Positions 54,814 through 64,000 of a stretch of DNA of 64,000 nucleotides are shown in pieces. The stretch covers positions 310,001-374,000 of the forward strand of contig NC_090598.1 in NCBI RefSeq assembly GCF_000497125.1. Reading direction: 5' to 3'. Within the stretch, counting starts at the first letter, position 1. Every line of letters begins with the position of its first letter. The translations under genes and the position numbers were made by a program. Below the pieces are notes generated by a model, which saw nothing but the letters and a program-made list of their open reading frames with translations, was not told the DNA's origin and did not search any database. The stretch is from Spironucleus salmonicida (taxonomy: Eukaryota).

Positions 54814-55244
54814 ATGCAGTGTAAATATGAATAAGATTCTATATAAGTAAATTGTGCACTGTATGAATAAAAGTTATATAAACGTTGTGCATATAGGGCT
54901 ACAATGCTTGATAGTAAATGGGTAGTTAAATCCACGAGCTTAGATCAATCTGCTGATGGTTATTTTTGTGATAAAAAATTATAGGTGTGTATTGTATGTA
55001 TAAGTATAGATTGCTATAAGTGCACTTTAAACTAAAGCTGTTTGGGTTACAGTATTGATAAAAATATAAAGGTTGTTAAGAAGAATATCTTTAGAACTAT
55101 GCTAGAGCTTGTTAAAATTGGGATCAAGAATACGATGTGGTCCATGAGAATCCATTCGTATGTGAGAAAATATAGGAAGCAACTTAATTAATGTAACCAT
55201 TTTATATTGCTGGTTGTGTTGTTGCGCTTCTTGTAGCTTTATGA
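54814..55244 (+). pseudogene. Possible frameshifted Cys-rich membrane protein remnant
   Basis: CxxC-rich frame (VCIVCISIDCYKC), then a second frame ending PFYIAGCVVALLVAL*; shift falls near the A-run at ~55060-55070. Confidence 0.35.
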
Positions 55245-57131
55245 TAATAAGTTATTTACTGTATTATTATACTCACTTATCTTAAAAATACTATGCGTAG
55301 TATAATCTATATACTAAGTGTAATTATAAATTATATATTGTATTCTTATATCTCTAAAGAAAAATATTACTATAATAGTAATTTACTATAAATTAACAAA
55401 CACTTAACAATTTTTAAATAAAATATCGACATATGGAAATTTATACTCTAGTGCTTGAAAAATAGGGTAGTTTTACATAATTAAATAATGAGTATTCCAT
55501 ATTAGGATACTATTGCTTAAGTTTAATTATAATTGTTAGAATTTTATTGTTAAAATTAAAATGTTACAGTTATCAGGTTATATAATTATTAATTCTATAA
55601 ATCAAATATCATCATTCTTAGAAAGTGTTCTTTCATATGCATAGAATTATATCTAGGAAGTATAGAAATGATAAAAACAAAAATTGGTAGAATAGCCATT
55701 CCTACAGGAGATATATGTGAGTAAAAATATATTAAGTTCTCATGTGTTATTCAAAAAAGTTCTACATAACTTAATCTGCTAAGTCTCCATTTATATTATA
55801 AAGATGCAGTACTTTTGTGATTTATCCCGTAAAATCTCTTGCTATTGTCTTCCCTCCTATGAAATGCTATTATTAATTAGTACAATTGATGTATTATAAA
55901 TTTATGTTGGTTAATATTCTTCTCTAAAATTTATAATATCATTCTACTAATTCTATAGATTATTATAATATTTTACTTTAAATTGTATTTTCCAGCTATA
56001 GTTAAGTAGCATATAGTGTTTTAACTTAGAAAAATAATCCTAACAACTTTCCGTAAACTATGATTCCTTAGTCATTAAAATATATAGAATTAAATAAATT
56101 TACTTGATATATTATTATTTGATTACAAATTTGGAAGTAGAATGTCATTTATCTTAAGGAAAAAGTAATTTAATATTACTCATTTGGAATTTCAATGCAA
56201 TTTAATTTATCCGTTGTTAATTTACATACTATATTTCCATTATTTTCAAATAAGTTCTTATTAATTTATCCAAAAATATATCTAAAATCATCTTTTACCA
56301 CAATTTTAATGCTAAATATAGTACAATTGAAATTTAAATCTTTAATAAACTTTTATAGTTCAAGTTTATTTGGTCGAAAATTTAGCGAAATATGTGTTAT
56401 ACATACGGAGGCACTTAGTTAAGTAAAATTTATCGTTAGTTTACAATTAAGATATCAATTGTGGTGTAACTTAATGATACACGTATTTATTATTATTTTC
56501 AATTTTATTAATGTAGCCATATCTATGAATGCAATTTTATATTCAGCTATAAAACAATAAGATGTTGAGTCAACATCAAATTAAACCATTTCATTCTTGA
56601 ATTAAATTATATATTTGATAAAGTATGACTTTGGTTGCATATAAAAGGAGTTGCAATGTTTATATCTGATGAAATTTAATTGAACAAAAAAATTGTATCT
56701 AATTAACATATGAACATGTTAAAGAGTTATAATTAGCTTATGCAGATAAATACTTTAATTATTTCTTTAATCATTTCAAGATAAGTAAAAGTAATAGCGA
56801 ACATCATAATTAGAGCAGGTTACAATGTATAATTAAAATCCTCTTTATTGGATTGTATATCTAAAAATAAATTTAAAATATTGATATAAATAGGTATTTA
56901 TGATGTATAATTTGAGCACAAGAATTTACAGACTTTATTAAAATTATTTACAATTATTCTAGTACTAAAATATCGCTCTTCAACATTTAAAGATCATATA
57001 GTTAAAATAATATTAAATTATTTGAGAATTAACTATACTTTAAAAATATGTAGTATAAATAAATAATCAACACAGATGAATCGTTAAGTAACATTTAAAT
57101 ATCAACATTTTTAAAAGAAAACCTACCATTT

Positions 57132-57722
57132 TCACTAATTTTCATTAGCTTACATTTATTTTTTTACTCCATTCATTTTAATCAATACCTTCAATCCTTC
57201 TTCAACCTAAACTGGCTAATTGTCATACTCCATTAAATCCTCTTTAAAATGACTTATAATTTGTTTTTTATTTCGTATTTACTATTTTTTGTTTCCTATT
57301 TCACATGTGAATTAAGTTAAAATTTATGTAAATATTATAATTTACTATTGGATCTAATTTAAAATTGATTTTTCATTTTAATTAAATAGTTTAAGCTACT
57401 AAATCTCATCTTATAATGTTGATATAGTTTCTTCATTTTTAAGCTTTAAGGACTCGTTCTAGAGCCAAAATTTTTACTTACTAGTAGCTTTAAGACTATC
57501 AATCTCTGTAGTATTCGCTTCTATTTTTGATTTTAATATTTCTTATTCATCCTAGGCATTTTTCAGGATTTAAAGTGGTGTTTGATACTCTATTTCTTCA
57601 CTTACCCGCTATATTTTTTCAAAAGCCGGAGATAATGGTTTTGTTTAAAGCTACTTTGACACTGGTTGAGGTGAAAAATGTCTCAGTGAGAGTGATGCAC
57701 CTAAGGATAATTCTAAGGTCAT
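57132..57722 (-). CDS. Coiled-coil hypothetical protein, 196 aa
   Basis: MTLELSLGAS... open to TAG TGA. Confidence 0.75.
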
Positions 57723-57835
57723 TTTATTAGAATGATATTAGAGTATAATATTGTAATAAAAAATAAGGAATGCATATTAATTCTAGAATAATAACTATTA
57801 TTATATTATGTTGTTACTATATTTATAAATTTTAA

Positions 57836-59428
57836 ATGTTCGGTCAAAGCACGTTCGGTTAGAAACCCACTGGAGGATTTGGATTTAATTAAACTGCGCA
57901 GCCAATATAATAAGGGTTTGGACAGCCTATTACTACAGCCTTTGGGGTCTAGTAAACAGCTTAGACCGTGTAGTAACCAGCTTTTGGTGCATAATAACAA
58001 TAGGGGTTTGGCTAAGTACAATAAGGCTTCGGTTAATAACCAGCTATGGGATAAGTTTAGTCTGCTTTTGGGTAACCTTAAACTTTTGGTTCACCTACAA
58101 CATTTAACTAATAGCCATAACAAGCCTTTGGCTAGCCTCAAGCTGCTGCTTTTGGACAATAACCATTTGGATAAACACAATAAGTAGCGTTTGGATAGAC
58201 GAATACTAATTTTGGAACTAATGCATTTGGTTAGTAGCCTGCATTCGGTGCAATGTAATAGCAACAGTAATTTTCGAACTTTAATAAGCCTTAAACTACA
58301 TATGGATAACCGGGATATGGTTAACAATAAGATAATACGATTCCGATAACTTCTGTTCCTACTTGTGTAGCTGCGAATTCAAATTTTTATGTAGCTGGAT
58401 TAGCATCAGGCGAGTTAAAAATAATTTAAAAGAATCCACAGGCGAATAATTCGACCAATGTTGGAAATCCAATTATTTCAATTGATATACTAAATGATGA
58501 GGTTATTTTAGGAACTACTACTGGTGTTATGATAGTTCATCTTTTATCTGGACAATCTAAAAAATTAACAAGCTACATTTATCCAGTTCCATGCGTTAAA
58601 TATATTAATAAAGATTATGCACTTGCTTCATTTTTATAAATCGATAGTTAAGGAAATCCAGTTAAGTAAAAACCAAAATCTGATAATTAGACTACCTAAA
58701 GCCGTTGGGCAACCCCTGCTTAACCTATATAAAACTAAGAAGCTATGACATACGAAGTTTAAGTTTTAGATCTTAGTTCAAGTCTTCCAATCGCATAAAC
58801 TAAAGGACTTCCTTGTTCTGGTTTATTCACTATAAGTAAAGAAACAAGTTAGTCGTATAGTAGTTATAATAGTTAGCAATCATTATGTAAAGTATTCGTA
58901 CCTTGTATTTATAATTATGATTCAAATGCAATTAATGTGTTTATTCTTAAGAAATAGTCTAATACAATTAGAGTGGAATCATCATCAAGCGTTAGTTTCC
59001 CTTCTAATTGTACATCATCTGGGATTAGTGCCATTGCAGCCAATACATAAGGCACGAAAGCTATGATTGCCTATGAGTGCGGAGATTTGGCAGTTTTAAG
59101 TGTTGGAGCATCAACAAGTAGTTATAGTTATCATAAATCCGCTAGTAATTCAAGCTATTTATAAAAAGTAAATTGTAGAATTAATTCATTATCATTCAAT
59201 ATTGGAACTAGTGAATTTATCGCAGGTTTATAAACTGGGGCATTTTGTACAATTAAGGATGACGGTTCACCTGTTTATATTAAGCAATATTAAGATGAGG
59301 TATCTGCAATTACTAGCTTTGAAAAAGAGATTATACTTGGGACAGGAAGTATTTAAAAGGTGTTAGAAAATAAAACAGGTTCTTTAGTCTCGTTTATATA
59401 TAATGAGGTAAATGGTAAAATACAGTGA
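57836..59428 (+). CDS. FG/Gln-repeat nucleoporin-like N-terminus fused to a Rae1/Gle2-like WD40 propeller, 530 aa
   Basis: About 17 FG motifs (AFGQ, GFGQ) in the first ~140 aa, then WD-like blades (GNPIISIDI, IYPVPCVKYI, RINSLSFN). Confidence 0.75.
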
Positions 59429-59658
59429 TCCAGAATTATGTTTTATATTTTATTAAAATAAGGTTCATCATAATTAAACACTTTTACTTGATATGTTATT
59501 ATTGTGTATCTTAAAATTTATTTCAAATATTTTAGTTAACATAAGCATAGCTCTAATTAAACTATTTTATGTTATTTAGTAAAAAGAAGTATCACTGAGC
59601 CTAATAGTATCTATAATTTATTTCACAAATTAGAAACCACGCTAAATTGACTCAATAT

Positions 59659-60357
59659 TCATTCAAAACCACAGAAATCGTTTGGCCATTCATCAAGATC
59701 TCCTAAGTCAAATTCTCTTATTTCCTCATTATATACCTGCCTGACACGTTTCTATACACGCTTTCTTCTGATACCGATAACCATATCATCTTCAAAACTA
59801 TCACTTTCTATACTTTCACTTTAAGGTTCAACTATTGAATTATTTCTCATACTTACAAATTCAGCTTCCTACGACTTAACTATGCCAAACTTGTTGAAAG
59901 TCTCTTCAAATTTTGAAGTTATTTTTGGTGCTTCCTTGAACCAAAAATTAACAGTATTTCTGCAAAATTAATCTGTTGCTTCATAATGTAATCCCTCATC
60001 TTTCCATTTATTCCAAATAATTTTCCAAACACGTTAGTGGGCTCCTTCTCTTTATTTTGTATATTTCAATTGTTCTAAAATATCCTATTTTAATTTAGGT
60101 CTTACCTCATCAAGCGACCTATAAAACTGTTTTGACCAAGTGAATCTAAAAAATTTATATATTCTGTCTCTAGGGGCACCAACTGCTTTTGAAATAGATT
60201 CCCAAATTCCATGACGTTTAGATTCGTCAAGATCTCTAAAAATAAAATACGCATCTTTCACTTATGCTATATTGACTTCAGTGATTAGTGATATTATTTA
60301 TAAAAAGTTAGCCTCAAATATCTAAATTTATTGCTTTTAAAAAGTCATTGGTGGCAT
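59659..60357 (-). CDS. Myb/SANT-like DNA-binding protein with acidic tail, 232 aa
   Basis: RHGIWESISKAVGAPRDRIYKFFRFTWSKQFY helix-turn-helix Trp pattern. Confidence 0.7.
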
Positions 60358-60717
60358 TTTATATCAAAGGAAGGAAACAAGTGTAGACATATAATATATG
60401 GTTATAGGGTAAATATTATACTTTATAGAAGCTGCATGAAGTATATTTTTATTATATTATATAGATTACCAAATCGTAGAGTTAGATTTATTTTAATTGG
60501 TCTACAAAAAATACACATTCACGTAATATAACAATATACCTTATTTAGTATTAAAAGTAGTGTACAATAATATATTTAATAATAATTTTTCTAGTTTTTA
60601 TTAAATTAGTATATTAATTAGAGGGTAGAGTTTAATTCATTAAATGATTATTATATCCGTTAGATCCTTTAATTAATTATGAGAAAATCCTATTAAAAAC
60701 CTTATAATACATGATTT

Positions 60718-61905
60718 TCACTTCCTACCAAATTTGGCCAGAGCCTCAATAGCCAAAATGGCCTTAGGATCCGTAATTTCCTTATTTTTTCGTCTTTCCA
60801 TTAACTAATTTTTTTGTCTATAATAAGCTACAATTTTTTCGCTAACTTAAACGCGATACGCAAAGGTCTTTCCATCAATTTTAACATCCGCAACGTCCCC
60901 AATTTCCTCAAATTCGTCCCCTGCCTACCGTGCGGCCTCTTAGCAAATACACTCTGAGTCCTCTGTCTGTGTCACCGCATTAATAGATACGCTCTACCCA
61001 GGAAACATATGAACCTACATTTACTGCTGAACAGCAACCTAATTCCGCTAAACCTCGTCCATACTGAGCTACCTGCGCCCGGTTGAAGTACGCGGAATCT
61101 GCGTGATAATCGATCTGGGCTGCGGCTTCTCGCCATCGTCTATGGCCTTGCGCCAACGGTGAAATTTTGTCTCAAAGTTCTACACGTGAAATCGTGTCAG
61201 TTTTAGGAATGTGCCGGGCAGAATTCCCGTTGTATAAAGCTTCACCACCTCATCAAAATCACGTACGTGCGATTCCGGACCCTCCGTAAACTTCATAGCC
61301 GCAATGTCGATAATGGTGAATTTGTCGCCAGTTTGCAGGAAAAGCAGCCCGCCTGAGCAGCACAGGAATTCGGATTAGAGCGGTAGCGGAGGACCCTAGA
61401 TTAGCCTAGAGTCCTGGAGCTGAATTTAGCACACCGCGTGCGGTGTCCAGAGCAGCGCAGAGCGCATGAAACCGAAAATTCGGACGCCCTAAAAGACGCT
61501 TTCCGCGGCCCGAAACTGGAAATCTGGCATCCTGCCAATGAACAATTTTTCGGCCAAAACTGCTATTCCAGAGCCTATTGGTGCGATTTTTCCGTACGTG
61601 TCCTGCTCCTAAACGACTTTCAGCGGAAGCTGGCAAATTGCGATAACGCCCGTTTCGGTGAACTCGTAGAGGTGATTTAAGACTTGTCCAATGACCTTAC
61701 CGTCAATGTAGTATGTGACGTAGCGATATGCTGGCGCAAATAGGCCTTAATTAGCAATATGAGGGAAGTTGGGTAGTGGGGTTTGCGAAATTATCTCAAA
61801 GAGCTCGTTCGTTTGGAAAAGCGTGTTATCTGAGTAAAATAAGAATGAATTGAAGTAGGGGTTGCTGAATAGGCGGTATTGTGGATCGAGTACTTAGTTT
61901 TGCAT
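60718..61905 (-). CDS. Hypothetical protein, 395 aa
   Basis: Fully translated open frame MQNQVLDPQY...AKFGRK*; ends AAG TGA. Confidence 0.8.
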
Positions 61906-61967
61906 TATTTAGAAGTGATTATTTAACGAATATGTATTTAAGTATATAATAATTATTATAAATTATT

Positions 61968-62882
61968 TCACTTGTATTTAGCAAATGTCTCTGTAATTTC
62001 AAGAATATCATAGTTATTTGCAAATGCTTCAATTTCAAATCTTAATTTATACGAAAAATTAGGAAATTCAATATAATTTTCTTATTTCTGAGGCTATAAT
62101 GCTATAACTGGTGATTTCACAAGTTGCTTTACATTTATATTGAGAGTAGGCACACTAGATGAAATAGATTTTTACTAGTTGCCTAGTAATTCAGAGTAAT
62201 TAACATTATCATTTTTAATTTCTTTAGGAAATATTAAGAGTCGTTCTTAAAATTATGGATTTGATGCAAGAAAAGGATCTATAATTGGTTACTGAATTTA
62301 AGACTATTATTAAGTTGTCTAGAAGTTTCCTTATGACGGCCCAAATATCTGTTTTTATTATGGATTTTAATTTTATCCAAAAATACTTTATTATTGTTAG
62401 GGTTATTGCTAAACAACATTATTTTATGGTAAGCTCCATGTACTACCTAATTAATTCTTCTATAAAGCTTGTTAAACTAAGTAGTCATTCAAGGAAAGAC
62501 CACTCTAGTTATAAACATTTACTGTCATTTTTATTATTTTAATTATATTAATAATATATGATAAACAAATTAATTTTACTTTTTTAATTTTCATCGCCTA
62601 AATGTCACTTTCTATAATTGCCACACGTTTCTCCAAATGTTTAGACAGTTTTGATATTCTTACTTCAGCTTTTTCTAAAATTTCGCTTTGATACTATATT
62701 TACTGCATAATAATATTAAAAACAGTTTCTTGTTTCTAATTCTGCTATTCAAATTTTATATTTAGGGTTTACATTTAATTAATAAAGGGTTCAAGTTAGA
62801 CTTAGTCTTAGTTTTTGTTTATACTTCTAAATTGAACTTCTGGCTACTAAGAAAATTGCACTTTTTGTGAGAAGGGGTTCAT
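61968..62882 (-). CDS. Continuous ORF, 304 aa, possibly two genes: coiled coil (62882-~62570) and Gln-rich xFG protein (62528-61968)
   Basis: ATG 62882 and ATG 62528 are in frame, joined by a promoter-like AT-rich linker; ends AAG TGA. Confidence 0.6.
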
Positions 62883-62958
62883 TTACTTACATTCGTATTT
62901 AAAATTATAGCATTAATTTATATTAATTAATATATATTTAATTTTCATTCCCGCATTA

Positions 62959-63312
62959 ATGTAAAGATATGCACAGCGCCCTCCATTCGTTGTTGAGGTG
63001 TAAACTAGGGCAAGACCTAATCTAACTCCAGAAATGCCAAAGTTAGAATAAATTTCTCCTTATAAGCGTGATGCCACATAAATTACTCTTCGTGATTTGG
63101 ATATGCGTTCACGTAGTCTTTCAACTTCTTAAAATGTATCATTAATATAAAGTTTCAAGAAAAATGCTCCTATTAATGATAAAATATACAAGAAGGAAGA
63201 AATTGATGGATTTAAATATTGGTAAGATAAAATAAACAAATTAAAACAGCCAATCTCGCATAAAAAAGATAGCTGGGTTGATTTCGTTCCTAAAAAAGGT
63301 CATTATTAATGA
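62959..63312 (+). CDS. Hypothetical basic protein, 117 aa
   Basis: MQRYAQRPPFVVEV...GHYQ*. Confidence 0.65.
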
Positions 63313-63323
63313 TGTATTATAAT

Positions 63324-63551
63324 TCACTATTTATTTAATATCCTATCGAAACAGTTCTAAGGAAGTCTTTTGAATGTTTTTAATAATTGTTATTCAATCA
63401 ATGGAGGTTAGTATCGTATTATTAAATTCGTAGGTTAAGGTTCAATTTAGACATCTTAAATAAATTAAACGACTGGAGAATCATATGAATCCGTGTCAGA
63501 TCCCTAATAGTCCTAAATATTTTCTGAATCAAGCATAGCTGAGATTTCCAT
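63324..63551 (-). CDS. Small hypothetical protein, 75 aa
   Basis: MEISAMLDSENI... ending TAG TGA; its stop is 11 nt from the convergent neighbour's stop. Confidence 0.55.
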
Positions 63552-63694
63552 TTATATGATACTCAAATAAATTCGATTGTATTAGTAATTATTATTATAT
63601 ATATTTTTATATTATTTAATAAAATTACTTTAAGATAAAATATTATTATATTAAATTGTAGTTATATTTTGTTTAGGAACCATTCCAAAATCAG

Positions 63695-64000
63695 ATGTCA
63701 GTAGAACAAACTCCGGAAGATATAAACGATTAAATAGCGTAGTTAGCTATTGAAAAGAAAAAACTCCAAAAAGAAGTTGAGATTATGTAAAAGTAACAGG
63801 AAGAGTATTTTAAGAATAAAGATTTTTATGATAAGCTGATAACTTTTCACTAAAAAATTGATTAATTGAAGGATGCCCGTGATGCAATTAGCAAGAAAAA
63901 TTCTTCATTATAGGAGGTTAACGATATGCTAAAAGAAAAAATTAGTTTTATTTAAGCTGCAGCTAAAGATAAAAATGCACAGGAGAAAAAATTAAAAGAG
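63695..64000 (+). CDS. Coiled-coil protein, 3'-partial
   Basis: MSVEQTPEDINDQIAQLAIEKKKLQ... open to the window edge. Confidence 0.75.

Overview
Gene-dense, AT-rich eukaryotic nuclear DNA read with a reassigned genetic code: TAA and TAG encode Gln and TGA is the only stop (translation table 6). The supplied standard-code ORF track is therefore mostly fragments or antisense shadows. Re-reading by hand gives about 46 nearly intron-free genes with very short intergenic spaces. Recognisable ones include MCM4, EFL1, PWP2, a UBR-box E3 ligase, ADAT2, dynein roadblock, SF-assemblin, two cathepsin B-like proteases, a DYRK/YAK kinase, a Vti1-like SNARE, an Sfi1-like protein and an FG-repeat Rae1-like protein. 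The code, a 43-nt GTATGT...ACTAACAAACTAG intron, AGTGA stop contexts and C-rich promoter boxes point to a hexamitid diplomonad, most likely Spironucleus (inference). Highlights: (1) recurrent ~1-kb GC/CpG-rich islands inside genes with ~10.5-bp phased A/T tracts and a C-to-G skew flip; (2) a spliced Yos1/SMIM7-like microgene; (3) a ~1.04-kb inverted duplication 36 kb apart; (4) a 27 x 17-aa repeat protein with a hydrophobic tail; (5) several apparent pseudoenzymes; (6) convergent stop codons spaced 10-11 nt apart. All coordinates and family calls come from manual translation and motif recognition, not database searches. Long ORFs were frame-checked at both ends and spot-checked inside.
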